From the human T2T-CHM13v2.0 reference genome, Homo sapiens: a stretch of DNA of 64,000 bases. Within the stretch, counting starts at the first letter, position 1. Every line of letters begins with the position of its first letter. The notes under the pieces were generated by a model. It searched no databases. It was not told the origin of the DNA and saw nothing but the letters and a program-made list of their open reading frames with translations. Where the stretch lies: assembly GCF_009914755.1 (NCBI RefSeq), contig NC_060937.1, one strand, 5' to 3'. The translations under genes were made by a program, and so were the position numbers. This document shows positions 33,241 through 48,270 of the stretch, piece by piece.

Positions 33241-34684
33241 CTTCAGCATGGTCCTGCGCAGGTGCCTTTAGCTCTTTAGCCACATTACTAGTTTGGACTT
33301 TATGACATTTAGCCAAGATTCTCAAAGTCCTTTGTATTGTAAGTCTACCCTGAGTCGATGAGAAGGCCCATTTTTACATCAGGAACTTCATGAGACCGCA
33401 ACACAAAGGGCAGTAGAGGAGAAATAAAAGCAAGGGATTCTGTGTCCTAGCACTTTTATGGAGAATGTCTAGAGTGAGTACAGTATGTGCCAACACCTGG
33501 GAAAAGCATTTTGGAAGCTCTTTATTAGGAAGAAACCATTGTTTACTTTTAAGCACAGCTGTTAGAATGTAGTAAACAGTGTTCTTTTGAGACATGGCCA
33601 GATATTGCTACTTAACAAAACAGGGCTCCCAAATCCATTTACTTGGTAATAAATGGAGACAGAACACTGCAACCTACCAATTTACTTTCTGGCAGGAAGT
33701 ACAGCTTGTGGTTGTATTTGAGGTTGGAAGCCCAAATTTCGGCAGGAATTTCCATGATGCAGAAATCTGGAGACATGAGTAGGGAGGTGGAGGTGCAGGG
33801 AGCATGTAGAATTTCTTATTTAAGCACAAGGGTAGCTTATGGTATGGGAACTGCATTTTTTTCTCCCTATTATTTTAGTTCTTTGGGGCTTGAGTTAAAA
33901 GTAAAATGAATTCCTCATCCTGGAGACCAATATGTCATTTATAATTTCTGGCTTCAGCTTGGGACCATTTGTCAGTCTTATAACCAGTAATGTTTCTTTT
34001 TGCCTTCTAATAAACTTGAACTGGCAGAGATAGAATGTTAGCTTCCCTACAGAGGAGGACTGAAGAATGAAAGATAGGAATCAAAGAACAAAAGGGGCCT
34101 TTGCATCCCAAGAGACCAATGTTGCCTTTTAATTTTCATTAGCGTTCTGATGGCGGAGGAGGGCATGGATTCAGGAAAATGAATGAGGAAACTAGCACTT
34201 CCAAAATGACTTCCAGGCCTATTAAAACATCAAAGCCAAAATACTGTTTCAGAAATAAACTCCAGATGACAGTTTAAAAGAAGACATACCAAAAAATGTT
34301 TTTCTTCATATTCACAAAACCTAAGCTCCCATCTTCATAGTGTTCTATGTTTGTACGTATTGAATAGCTTGTAATCATGTCAAATACAAGCATGTGACAT
34401 TCATATAGAGACAGACAATCTAAAACACAATTCTTAATCATTCGGTATCACTCTAGTCTTTCCCAATATGGACAGGGTAAAAGTTGAACTTTTGTCATGC
34501 AAATTAAAATAGAGGAAGAACACTTCTACAAGACAATTCTTTTCGGAAGTTTTTATTGTGACAAAAATGTTCCCAACCACTGGAATATAAAAGGCACACA
34601 AACACATACAAGCATGAAATGAGCTAAGAACATATAGTAGTGAAGAAATCTGCTTGCAGAAAAACGCATACTTTTGTTTATAAT

Positions 34685-34992
34685 GAAGACTTTCATTTTT
34701 TAGAGCAGTTTTAGGCTCATAGCCAAATTGAAAGTACAGAGATTTCCCATATCTCAGCTGTTCCCACATATGCGTAGCTTCCCCCATTATCAACATCCCC
34801 ACCAGGGTGCTACATTTGTTACAACTGATGAACCTACATTGACACATCATCATCACCTAAAGTCCACAGTTTGCATTAGGGTTCATTCTTGGTGTTGTAC
34901 AATTTATGGGTCTGGACAAATGTATCCACCATTATAGCATCAAACAGGGTAGTTTCACAGTCCTAAAAATCCCCTCTGCTCCCTATTCACCT
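34685..34992 (-). mobile_element. L1MC-like 3'UTR fragment
   Basis: tttttagagcagttttagg...tacatttgttacaactgatgaacctacattgacacatcat. Confidence 0.75.
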
Positions 34993-37799
34993 ATTTTTAA
35001 GTATATAGCTCTGTGTGAATCACTTTCAAATAAAAGTGATTCAGTAAGAATCAAGCCTGATTTTAAATAACTTTTTAGTGCATAGTAAGGTTGGTATGAA
35101 ATTGGATATGCAGTTTTGAGCTCTTTGTGACCTTGTGGGTGCTTTCCTGAAGTTTTTACATTAGAAACTCCAGTCCATTCAAACATCTGAATATTGGTAG
35201 AGACTTTGATATTCAAAGTCAGCTGATGCTTTCACAAGAATGGGGGACACATGCACCTTCTCTGCTAATATTCCCTTGAGAGCAAAACTGAAGTTGAATC
35301 CTCTCCAAGGATGCAGTTATGCCATCTGCAGCTGCCAATGGGAGGTGTCCACAGAGATCCCTTATTCTAAGGTCTGTATGGAACTAGAAACTGCATGTGC
35401 CAAGTTGTCAGGGACACTACTCATATGAAATATCTGGTGTTATTGTCCCAGATAGACAGTTCCCAGACCATGTGTACTGATTTTTCATGCAGAAAATATG
35501 GTCACCATATGTTCAGATTTCTGTTTTACTAGTTCTATTTCCTTTCCTCTCCCTTTCTTTAGCAGTTTATGGTTTCTTTTCCTTGACAAATTGCCAAGTC
35601 TTAATTTAGAAAACAGACTAAGTGTAAAATAACCATAGTGAAGAAACCAAAACAAAGAGAAAATAAAGCAAAAAGAAATAATACATCAAAATATTTTCCA
35701 TAACAGAGGTATGATCTGTCTTCCACCTTCATGACGTAAGCCCCTAAAGCATTCAAGGGCAGCAAAAACCACTCAGAGGGCACCAACCTATGACGTCTAC
35801 TTTTTTTTGTCTGTTTGGTGAGGTGGAGAGACTTGTTCAATTTTCTAGCAAGTCAGCTTCCTTAAAAAATAAAATAAAATAAAGTAACATGCAAAGAACT
35901 GATAGGTTGAGCATTTTCAGAAAACACATTTTCTTACTCCAGTTCAACCAAAATAAAAAGCAACAATCTTGAAGTAGAAAAGCCCAGGAAACTTTCAAAT
36001 CTTGCCCAGTATCTAAGTGTCTAAAGAGGATTTCACAGGACCGTTCCCCTGGGTCATTCCTTTTTCCTTTGTCTCAGCCAAGTAGGAGGAAAAGAAAATC
36101 TCTCCCTTCCTGTCTAGCTTATATGATTTGTCCTCCTATTTAATGAATAAAAAGGAAAGAGAAACCAGAGCGTCCCCTGACCAGGTTCTTTCCCCCCTTC
36201 CCTTGTTCAAATCCCCAGATACTTATGGCTCTCCCCAGACTGCACTGTTACATCTGACACCTGCAAAATCTGCGCCGTACCCTCAGCTGGAGGCCTCTGC
36301 TAAGGTCAAGCCATGGACCTCATTGAAGAGTATAGATTCTCTGTTCAAGATAAAGTTCTTGCCTATTCTGACTCAATAAAACTTCATTGATTTGCCTAAA
36401 TCCCACCTCCCTAAATTGAGGAAAGGCTTGGTCTTATAATAAGAGGAAATGGAGCACTTCTCATATCCCAAAAATTTGTCTCCTTGTCCCTAGCTTACCA
36501 ATAATATTAACCTACCTAAGCGTGTGTGCCTGAAAGGAGATGGCCAGGATGAAGGTATGGAACAGAAGTCAAAAGGAGCCTCTGGCAGGTGTGTTTGACA
36601 TGGTGCAGGAGAGGTGGGTGCTGTTCACCAGACTGTTTCAGAGGAAGTGGCAACTCATCAGCTCTTGTAGGGAAGGGAGTCACAGGGAATCACCCTCCTC
36701 ACTTCCAGCCTACCTTCTTCTATCCTTCCTCTCTCTTCAGACTCATGAGGTACTCTGGTGACTGGACTGGCTTCCCAAGAATCACCAGAAAGGAATGCCT
36801 TCCTCCCAGAGCTTTAATTTCTGCTTCTAGTTTCCATGACTGACCGATGGTGTTGTGACTGGTGTCAGTTCATCTCTGAGATCGTGATGTGTCTAGAAGT
36901 ACTGATAATGCTGAGGTCTTGGAGCTGTGGGAATGAAAACTGAATATCCTGTCTCACTTAAATATATTTACCAAGGTTAGGTGGCCTTAAAGACAAGAAG
37001 CCTATTGATGAAAAGCCAATGACACGTTGGCCTCTCAGAACAAACACTTCCCTTCAAAGGTCACCAAATAACACCAAATATAAACTTTAACTAATCAACC
37101 TCTTCCAATCCCTTCTTTCCTTGCTTTATCCTTTAACTCTCCAGGTTACTCACCATTCCACTAACATGCCAAGAACATGCACATCCCTACCCCTTTCTAA
37201 AACTGTTACTGCTCTCTAGAATTCCTTATGACTGACAGTCTCCAGGAAGTAATGGGGAACAGAACTTTTGAGGAGAGCTTCCATAATGCCTAGTCCAAAT
37301 GGGTGGAAGGAAGGTGGTACCATTAAGTGAAGTGAGATATAGACAGGGTGAGGGGCAGATCTGGGAGGCAGCAAGGCATGGTGGGGATAATTGGTTCAGG
37401 GCCCTGTGGTCTTTAAAGTATCTATGAAATATTTCAGAAAAGATATATGCAGCAAATAGCCCAGGCAGAGGTTGGAAATGGTGACTGATACATGAGAACC
37501 ATTAAAATAAAGCTGTGATTGATGAAAAGATTTCCAAAGGAATAAGAGTAGAAAAAAATAAATAAGAATGAGGACAGAGGCTTAACATACAAAAATAGGG
37601 CACAAAAATGTAAGCAGCATAACAAAATCCACTCAAGAAAACAGACAAACAGGAGAACCAGACTTCCCAGTCACAGAAGCCAATGGGGTATCCAAAAAGT
37701 AGAATCAACAGTTTGAAGAAATACCAAGACCGTAAGCAACAGAAGAACTGAAAAAAAATTACTAGACAGGAGAATTTAGAGATAGAGGAAAACTTGAGT

Positions 37800-38045
37800 A
37801 GGATGCAGCATAGTTAACTGTGGAGCAGAACTGCCTGGGTTTGCATCCTGCCACATCCTTGCTAGCTGTGCCAAGCTGGGCCAGTTCTTTACTCTACCTC
37901 TGCCTTAGTGCCTCATCTGTAAAATGGAGATTATGATAGTGCCTATTTCAGAGAGTTGGCATGAGGATCCTGTGAGTTACCATATTTAAAGTACTGATAC
38001 CACCACCTGACACAAGCTCTATGTGACTATTTGCTGCTATTATTT
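37800..38045 (+). mobile_element. MIR
   Basis: ctgcctgggtttgcatcctg...cctcatctgtaaaatggag. Confidence 0.8.
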
Positions 38046-41018
38046 AATATTATGACATTTCAAGGAACCACAATATATATTGTGGTTATATATATTATAC
38101 TCTAAAAAGAGTTTCAATAAACTGAAGGAAAGAGATAGAGCACTATCTTTAATAGGAAGATAAGCACAGCCATTTTTCCTTTTGACTTTCTCCCACATCA
38201 ATACTAAGTGTGGGAGGAAGAAATATCAAATTCAGGGATAGTTGCAGCATAAATACTAGTAACACTGAAACCACAGCTCTTGTCAGATACTGGAAAACTT
38301 CAAAGTCCTTACAGATACTTCTACTGTATCTGAAAACATGGAGTAAACATCCATCTGTCTGATGGTACATTAGATACCATCAGGTACATTTTTTTAATGT
38401 ACTTAAAGTACTTTTTAAAAATTTCTTCCAACTCTGTGATTATGTAATTTGGTAAATCAAGTATCTATCAATTTTAATCTTTAACTTCATCATCCATAAC
38501 ATGGCTTTCAGAAGTAAATATTGCATCAAAATAAACTTATGAAGTAATTTACTCTTTCCAAGGAAACATTACAGAATAATCTACACACCACATGTCATTA
38601 CTTTAAGAACAAATTATGCTTCCCCAGATAATTTTGCTTTAACTCTGGCCATCAATCACCTTATAATTAGTAAAGAAAGTGGTTCTTCTCCCTAATTATG
38701 TAAATTCTTTCATCTATAAATAAAAAGTAGAAAATAAAGGAAGGATTTATTATAAGGAATATAAGGTACTTTTTTAAATTAAAAAATGAGTGTAGTTTTT
38801 AGTTTTCTCAGCATTTAGGATCATTCTGTTGGTATGGTATTCCACTGTATTCTTATTTCATAGCCTCACAAAGCTTCCATTCACATCAAAAGTATGCTCA
38901 AGACCCTAATCTTGACCATGAAAGTTCTCTTTGTCTTTACGATTACAGCTGGTAGAGCTTAGCTGGCCATCTGTTACCAATTATTCTATTTAGCATCATA
39001 GACTATATTGGCCTCCTCCACAAAGCCTTTCAAGCAAGGTTTAGTTGGAAATTTTTGTTTCTCCTTTCATTTTGAAGGAAAAAACTAAGTTAACAGAAGT
39101 TTTTTTTTTTTGCAAGACAATTAATAAATTATATTTAGAAAGTAAAACAACCAGGACTGTCACAAACAAGTTACCAATTGAACACCGCATTCCAGTTTGT
39201 GCCCAGTTAGGTGTGCTAGGTACTGCAAAGTTGTGGTTTGCCAATTTTTCTATGTCATGCTCCACCTGCCATCCTATCAAACAATCTTAGTGTCTCCATG
39301 GCTTTCTTTTTAAAGTACATGTTTGGACTTCTAAAAATTTGTGTCAAATTTTAATAACTTAAATAAGTTGAGCAGTAGATGAATCTGCTGTTTGATAACC
39401 TCTAATGTAAGGAAAATAAAAACTGTAAGAGTGAAGTCCCTGTTTGTAAGAATATAGGCTTAACTTGGGAAGGAAAACTAACAAAGATGGAATGATTAGA
39501 TTATCAGCAAAGTATGAAGCAGTGGGAAACTGTCCATAAATGCAATGAGAGTGGAAAAAAGGGAGGTCAACCATGAGCAGAAGTAAACATTCACCTTATT
39601 GGAAAGGAATTAAGGATGAGAAGAAGGGCTTTCTATGGTAGGAAAACAACTTGAGAGGAAAATCCCGGCAATATTTTTGCCAAGAGAGGGCCCAAACAGG
39701 AGCCTCGGAAGATTTCCAGGAACTAGTTCAAGCAACATCCTTTAAATGGGTCACTTTCAGTCCACAAACTTCTTTTCGTCTAGAACAGTAGAGTTTAATT
39801 TACAATTTGGTATGTCATGTCATTTTATAGCTCTACCAAATTTATAAATTAAACAAGACATTTCTCATATGGGCAACCTAAAAAAAGAAAACTTAAAAAC
39901 GTTTGTCCTCCTTAAAAGGAAATCCAGGTTCTTTCGTTGTTCATTATGTACGATTGCAGTCTATTTTCAAAAAATGTTTATGCTTCAGGTTTTATTTTCC
40001 TGGCATTATGCTGCACGTAATACCAAGCCCTGCATGGCTTCAAGGAAAAGCTGCTTCACAGCCTCCCTGGCCAGGGGTAAGAGAAGATTCTGCCTGCATA
40101 GTCTGGTCTGGGAAGCAGCCTGACTCTGGCTATGTTTACTGGCCACAGAACTCAAAGGGCATATACTTTCTAAGAGACTGCTGATGCTCCCTGCAGGTTG
40201 TTTAATTCTACTCAGAAGCTGACTTTAAATGACCTAGGTGGTAAGAGAGGGGGCTCTGTCAGATCGCAGAGACTTTGTCCATATTTTCTGCCCCAGCTTT
40301 GAGAGTGGCGAGAAAGGAAGAAAAGAGGGTATTGAGAGTCAGCTGTTGAGAATTGGCACATTTCAACAATTGTTTTACCCCGAGAAAGTCATGTGCTTAT
40401 TTTTAACAATGCCTATTTTTAAATGAGAGTTATTTTCTGAGTAATTTATTTACAATCATGTAATTTTTTAAATCATTAAAAACCAAGCTATATAAAAAGT
40501 ATATCAAGAAATGCTTACTCCCACCGTCTCCTTATATCTTATTCTCTAGTCCCCCACAACTTTACTCATTTCCTATGTACCCACCAGATATTTTCAAATC
40601 AAATACCATCACATTTAAGTGTATTCTTTTTATTTTTGCCCTTTCTTACATAAAAATTAACATACCATAAAAATGATATAGTGATTATGCTAATTCCAGA
40701 AAAAAATTTTTAAATTGCATTGGTTTAGAATAGATTGAACATCAGTAGAGAGAAAACCTCCTGCCCGGCATCACTGCCAAAGTCGCCAGTGGATGAGGTT
40801 TTCTTGTTGGGAGCTGAGTTGGGGAGTGGTCATCACTACTTCTGATGACTGCTCATGCGTTGTCTGAATTCCGAGAAATCTGTGCCAGAATCTCCTCCAT
40901 GGTCCTCAAGCCTGTGACTCCAAACTCTACACTAGACACACCAAGGACCTTGAAGGACATTCCACAGATTATATTCTACTCCTATCAAACACCAGAATTG
41001 ATCCATGCTGTTACTTTT

Positions 41019-41305
<287 letters not shown>

Positions 41306-42552
41306 CCATCCTGTTACTTTTTGATTACTGCTTATCGCAACTTTCTTCAGTCTTTCCTTCTATGACCCAACGGATGAATCAGCAGAAATATCACAAATAA
41401 GTATGTTAACGTCTGAATGTAGTTTGCCAAATTCAGTGAAGTATGTTGGACAAGTCCTTAATATGTTTCCTATAGTAACCTGTGGTACAATAGTCATCTT
41501 TAAAAGGTTAAAGGAAAAGACTTGATTGAAATTCTGTTCCTTCATGCAGAACAGGCACTAATGACTTACCAGAAAATTATTCAGTTCATGCCCAGGTAAC
41601 ACAAATGCCTTTAAGTAAATATGCATGTCAACGATTACTTTTTTATCTTGAACAATCACACCCAGGAAATAACTTATCTAATCAATGAACACCAGCAATT
41701 TGAAATATGACAATAAAATATAGTTTTACTTAATTTATTATTAAGTCTGATTACCAGACTATAGCAAATAACAGTGTATGTTTTACATTACTGACATGTT
41801 GAGGAAACATTTGACATGCACATTATTGTTTTGTATGATGTTCATCAGCAAACGTATGGTCAAAATGCCTCAGAGTCAGTCTAATAAAAAATTCTACCCT
41901 ATCTGCAAATCTCTAGTACTTACTCTAGTCTTTCAAGTTCAAGCATGCCTTCCTTCTCAATAAAATTGAAGATAAAATTGATTGATATGTAATATTTTAG
42001 GTATCTCTGCTATGTTTAAAGAAATATATTTTGGTTAGTACTATTCTTCTGTCAAACTCACTACTTATATGGGATTTTACTATAGGATTGGTTCCCATTT
42101 TACTTGCAGAAAAGCTAAAGTGTGGACAGTATCTATACCAAGTCAGTAAAGGTAACAATAATTTGTGTAACTGATATCAATCTTCACTGTTGTAAAGAAG
42201 GGTAGTCATAATCATTATGACCTTTAATGGTTAAGATGCCCATCTGTGAGCTTTCTCACCAATGACATCAACATGTACTATCTACGGTAGAGACAGGTAT
42301 CCTGAAAGGAAACAAAGATAAGTTCTTGAACCTTGGGGAACTGACACTTACAAAATCACTATGGCATCACTGTGCAACAAGAATAGCAGGCCAGGAGATT
42401 GATACAATTCTAGTCCTGGCTCTTTCCTTGATATGATTTTAGCCGAATAGTTCATCTCTCTAGGTCAATTTCATATTCTGAAAATGAGGAGATTAGCTTA
42501 CATATGCTTGCTTAAATCTCTTATGGCTCTAAAATGTCATGGGTTTAGATTA

Positions 42553-42696
42553 ATATATACACATACGTATATATATTATATATACACATATATATTAAAT
42601 ATATATACACATATATATCAAATATATACACATAAATATATACACATATATACATATATATTTTTTATTTTTTATATATACACACACACACACACA
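42553..42696. repeat. (TA)n/(CA)n compound microsatellite
   Basis: Direct reading. Confidence 0.92.
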
Positions 42697-44112
42697 TCAA
42701 CTTATGCTAGGTGTTGAATAACTACAGATACTGAGGACTACAGAGATTCAGAGTAAAGAGAAGTCACCACAGCCTGGCCAGATTCCCAGGAAGAACACAG
42801 GCTGGGTTGAATGATTGCAGCTGGATGGGGAAGACACAGGACCTAAACTTGCCTAGTGAGATGGGCTGGTGCAGAGTCTAGGTGCAGATTCTGGGTGACC
42901 AAGAACAAGGCCAGCTGAGCAGCAAGAGTGACTTGATGCTGACCCAGAAGCCCTTAAACCCAACTTGGTCAGGCTGTGCCCAGGTGCTGAGCCCAGGATC
43001 CCTGTACTGAGGGTACCGATGACTCCAGCCAAAGGGAAAGAATTATAGAAGCTGAGATGAAGCAGTTCTTAGCAGGTTATTTCCCTCACATCATGTTTAC
43101 TGCATGAGTTACTGGTACATAATTTTAAACGGAGTATAAATTAAAAGGCAAATTCTATTTCACAATAGAGTATATAACCTTCACTTTTTATTTAAGCAGT
43201 TACTCATTCTAGATTTTATTTTACTAAGTAACTGACAAATACACAAAATTCTGGGAAAATACTGATTTAGAAACAAGATGAAGGAAATAAGCACATACGT
43301 ATTCTTTCTCCAGGCCCAAATCTTTCCCTATAAAGCTGAGAATATGAGTATCAGGTTTGATTTTAAAATCCTGCAGTAATATATTATTTTATTCAGGATT
43401 TCTGGGCCTCTAACCACCTCAGGTCAGCTCCAACATGTTCAAGCTCCTGCATAAGGGTGAATATTGAATATTTCCAAGCTGCTGGTCTCAACCCTAGCCC
43501 ATAGCTGATGAATGAGCCCTGCCACGTATAGGAGCTTTAGCCCTACCCTTAGTCTGGCCGCACCCTGGATGTTATCCAGCTAATCCCAAGTAAGCCCCTA
43601 AGGATCTCTTCTCCCCCAAATTACAGGCTTATGTTTCAGCCTTACTGTGTGTGCCTAGTTCCTGTGATAGAGCTTCTTCTCTTATTCCTAACTGACACTC
43701 AAATTCCCCCACTGACTCCTGAATTTTGCCCTAAACTCCAGCTTGGTTGTCAGGAGTTATATTTAATCTGTGGCAATCCCCCATTTCTAGGAATAACAAT
43801 ATAAGAAGCTAGAAGTTTCCAATTAAAAATATTTCTTCAGCCAATATCCATTGCTTCAATGACAGCTCCTGTCCATATGTTTATTCTGGCACCACCGGGA
43901 AGCAGCCTTTAGCTAGGCTCAAGGGTGGCTTCAGGTGCCCATTAACAGCACAGAAAATTCTTGAATTGTTTCTTAGCTCTCAGCACCTGTCAGAATCTGT
44001 TTCTACTGTTAGTCATAGTCTGTCCCCAAATCTGTTTGTGTCAGCAGCTCTTATAGGGTTTTGAATCCTTAGTATCAACTCTGGAGAAGAGGCTACTCAC
44101 TCTATACCTTTC

Positions 44113-45180
44113 CGTAGTCATTTCCTACTGCTATATTTAAAATTGCCACAAACTTAGTGACTTAAAACAACATTTATTAATTATGTCAAAGCCAAAAGCC
44201 CACATGGACTCAACTGAGTTTTCTGCAGAGGTAGAAATCAAGTTGTTTGGGCTGGACTCTTATCTGAAGGCTCAGAAGAAGAATTCACTCTCAAAATCAT
44301 TCATGTTGTTTGCAGACCTCATTTCCTTGTAGCTGTGGGTCTGGGGTCCCTTTCCTTGCTGGCTGCCAACCAAAGTCCATCCTCATCTCCTAGAGGCTGC
44401 CCATATTCCTTGGCTCATGGCCTCTCCATCTTCAAGCCAACAAACAGCACACACATCCAATCCCACTCATATGTCAAATCGCTCTGGCTTCCTCTTTTGC
44501 TACCAGCCAGAGAAGTTTCTGTCCTTAAAGGCTCATGTGATCATATTAGGTCCACCTGGATAATCTCCCTTTTTAAGGTCAACTGTGTCATATGCTATGG
44601 GCTGAATTGTGTCCCCCCAAAAAATATTTGTTCAAGTTCTAACTCCCAGTACTTCTCAATGTGACTTCATTTGGTAATTGGGTCTTTAAGGAGGAACCTA
44701 ATTGAAAATGATGTCATAAGGGTGGGCTCTAATCCAATATAACAGATGTCCTTATAAAAAGTGGAAATTTGGACACAGAGACACACAGAGAGGGAAGATG
44801 ATGTGAAGATACCCAGCAAGAACCCCATGTAAAGACAGAGGAAGTGACTGGACTGCTGTGACTGCAAGCCCGGGAATGCCAAGTACTGCCTGCCAGCATC
44901 AGAAGCTAGGAAGAGGCAAGGAAGGATTCTACCCAGATTCTCAGAGGGAGCATGGCCCTGCCGACACCTTGATTTCAGATATCTTGCCTCCAGAACTATA
45001 AAGCAATACATTTCTGTTGTTTGAAGCCATCTAGTTTGTGGTGCTTTGTTACAGCAGCCCTAGAAAACTGGTACACCATATAACATAACACATCAAAGAA
45101 GTGTTATCTCATCACATCCACAGATTCCAGGCATTGTGGAGGTGAGATCTTGAAGGACATTCCAAGAAGTTCCGCCTATG
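44113..45180 (-). mobile_element. MLT1E-like LTR hosting a nested MLT1C
   Basis: ccacaaacttagtgacttaaaacaac...aaaggctcatgtgat...aggtcaactgtg; resumes after 45080. Confidence 0.75.
44593..45075 (+). mobile_element. MLT1C-like solo LTR (nested)
   Basis: tgctatgggctgaattgtgtcccc...gcagccctagaaaactggtaca; TSD tcata / ccata. Confidence 0.88.
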
Positions 45181-46386
45181 ATGCTGATGCTATTGGTCTT
45201 TAAAGAACTTGTTCAAATACGCTTTGTTCTAAGTCCCCTTGACATTCCCTCCTCAGACCACACTTCTTTTTGCTCTTGAGACAGGAGTAAGATCCACTGG
45301 TCCTTCCTTGCCTTAGGGTATTTTTTCTTAACTTCCTTAAAGGACTTCTGTTTGGTTGAAATGTTGCTATTACTCACTCCCAGCAAATCCAAGTATAGAC
45401 ACGGAAAAGGCTCCCAAATTCTTCAGGGGTTCCATCATGACAAGTCGGAAGGAACTATGTGGTTCAAGTACCAGGAGGACTTTAGATAGCTCCAAGGTGT
45501 CCAAAATAGCTTTGTGAATGAAACCCTAATGATGACTCTGGATTACACAGAAGTAACACGTCTATGGCTAATACATTAGGAAACTAGTTCTCCTTAAATG
45601 GCCTACCACTTGCACAGCTGCTTCATTTGCCAAATATAATGTTTTAATCAAAGCAATTTGTTATGAGTCACCTTGTTTATTTTGAACCAAAATGCTGAGG
45701 TCTGAGCATTGTCTCGCATATCCCCAGACCTCACTGTAACTCTATCCTACCTTTCTAAGAAGGATTTGAGGTTTCCCTGCAGCCATGTAAGCTCCTATAG
45801 TAAACAGAGTGGGCTTTTTCTGAGAAAGATAGCCCTTCTGAGGTCGCTTTTGATCTCCAATCTTTTCATTTTCTCTCTAAATATAGATTGTTCTTCTTTC
45901 TATGTGTTTTCTAGCACTCAACAACAATGCCCTCTCCTTCTTCCTCATGAATCTCTGCTAAACATTTTCCCTACATTGAACAATGCATCATTCTCTATGA
46001 GAACCACAATACTCACTCATGATCATAAATTCTGCGGGCTCAGGGCCCAAGGATCTGCCGCTGATCAAAAAGCCCTCCTCAATGGGATAGTTGGGAAGAG
46101 AACCAGCCACCTTTGTGGGTCATCAGGCAGGAGAAGCTTGTCAAACACTACTACTCCATACTGGTGCATGACCAGGGAATCCAAGCTGGTTCTCCCAGGG
46201 ACTCAGAATATATATAGTGTCCTGTTAATGGAAGGACTACTGATTTTCTAAGGTGTAGGCTTTGATTTTACAGGTAGATATCAAGTATTCAATCAGAAAG
46301 TTCAGTGTTTAACCAAAACTTTACTGTATATGGTAGATAAGATTATCTTCCTAGTGATCTCTATTTTAAAAAAATGTGTATGACTC

Positions 46387-46686
46387 AGCCGGGCACGGTG
46401 GCCCACGCCTGTAATCCCAGCACTTTGGGAGTCCGATGAGGGTGGATCACAAGGTCAGGAGATTGAGACCATCCTGGCTAACACGGTGAAATCCCGTCTC
46501 TACTAAAAATACAAAAAATTAGCCAGGCATGGTGGCGGGCGCCTGTAGTCCCAGCTACTCGGGAGGCTGAGGCAGGAGATTGGTGTGAACCCAGGAGGTG
46601 GAGTTGCAGTGAGCTGAGATCATGCCACTGCACTCCAGCCTGGTGACAGAGCGAGACTCCATCTCAAAAATAAATAAATACATAAA
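46387..46686 (+). mobile_element. AluY/AluSc-like, no TSD
   Basis: Full dimeric Alu; the flanks do not repeat. Confidence 0.95.
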
Positions 46687-46689
46687 ATT

Positions 46690-47480
46690 ACAAGGCACAA
46701 AAAATGGTAAGAAAAAAAAATCTGTAGAAACAAAGCAATTGTCAGAACCAGACAGAGATATGACACAGATGTTAAAATTATCATATAGAGAATTTAAAGT
46801 AACTATTTAAGGGCTCTGATAGAAAAAAGTAGACAATATGAAAGAACAAATAGGTAATATAATCAGAGGGATGGAAACTCTAATAAAGAATTAAAAGGAA
46901 ATGCTACAAGTCAAAAACACTAACAGAAATGAAGGATGCCTTCAATGGACTCATCAGTCACTGGACATGGCCAGTGAAAGAATCAGTTAGCTTTCAGATA
47001 TATCAATATAATGAAAACACAGGAAAATATCCAAGGACTATGAAGCGATATAAAAAGGTGTAACTTACACATAACTGGAATCCTAAAAGAAGGAGAGAGA
47101 AAGAAGCAGAAGAAATATTTGAAGTAACACATAATATTGGTATAAATATTTTTGTGCCTATCTCTTCACATACAGGCACATGCATATCTACCTTTTGGAA
47201 TTGCATGACTTCAATTTTGAAAGATAATGCTAAACTTTGTCCCAAAGTTGTATCAATTTACAGTTCCACCAGCCATATGGGAGTTCCTTTCCCTCCATGT
47301 CCTCACCAACACTTGGTATTCTCATTCTCCTTGATTTTACCCTTCCTGGTGGTTGGGTAATATTACTCATTTTGAACATTCTCTTTGGTGAAGTAACTGT
47401 TCAAGTCTTTTGCTTTCTATTTCGCTGTCTTTATTGATTTGTAGCTCTTTATATATCCTACATATAAATACATTTTCAGA
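46690..47480. mobile_element. Old L1M fragments (ORF1-like on plus to ~47130, then an antisense piece)
   Basis: aagaatcagttagc...aaatatttgaagtaa resembles L1 ORF1; ttacagttccaccagccatatg...cctcaccaacacttgg resembles the antisense L1 3' region. Confidence 0.65.
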
Positions 47481-47989
47481 CTATTTCTTATTCACCCTTA
47501 CTTTGATGACAGTTTTGTCCTTTTGGTCCACGGAGCTATCAAAAGTTCTGCTGTTTCTCAGACTCTCTGCTGCCTCCCTTGGAATCAACAGATATCCTTG
47601 ACTGGGAAAGTGATCTGAGTGCTGAGCTTACCCGTCTGGATGTCTTCTTATTCTAGATCTTGACCCCATAATTCTTTACTGCCTTGTGAGCTCACCAATC
47701 CTGTCAAACAGATGTTTTTATTTTCTTTCCAAGTTTTCTAACTATTCTCAATGGTAGGGTTGCACCGAATTATCAGCCATTATCAGAAGTAGAATTCTCA
47801 GATGAAAGTGGCAGTCACTCTGTTTAACCTCTTTTCCACTCAGGTATGAAGAGCCTAAGAGTATGCTCATGGCTCAGCATGCAAACAGATGTAAACTTGA
47901 CCCTAGTATTTTATCTTCTTTCATATTAGACTAAAATATTCTTATACATTTTACTTAGTACTTCAACATTTTAACTTTTAGTTTACCTT

Positions 47990-48270
<281 letters not shown>

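Noticed and set aside
45709-46251. 180-aa ORF
   Set aside because: TTG start, Ser/Leu-rich composition typical of non-coding DNA, no motif.
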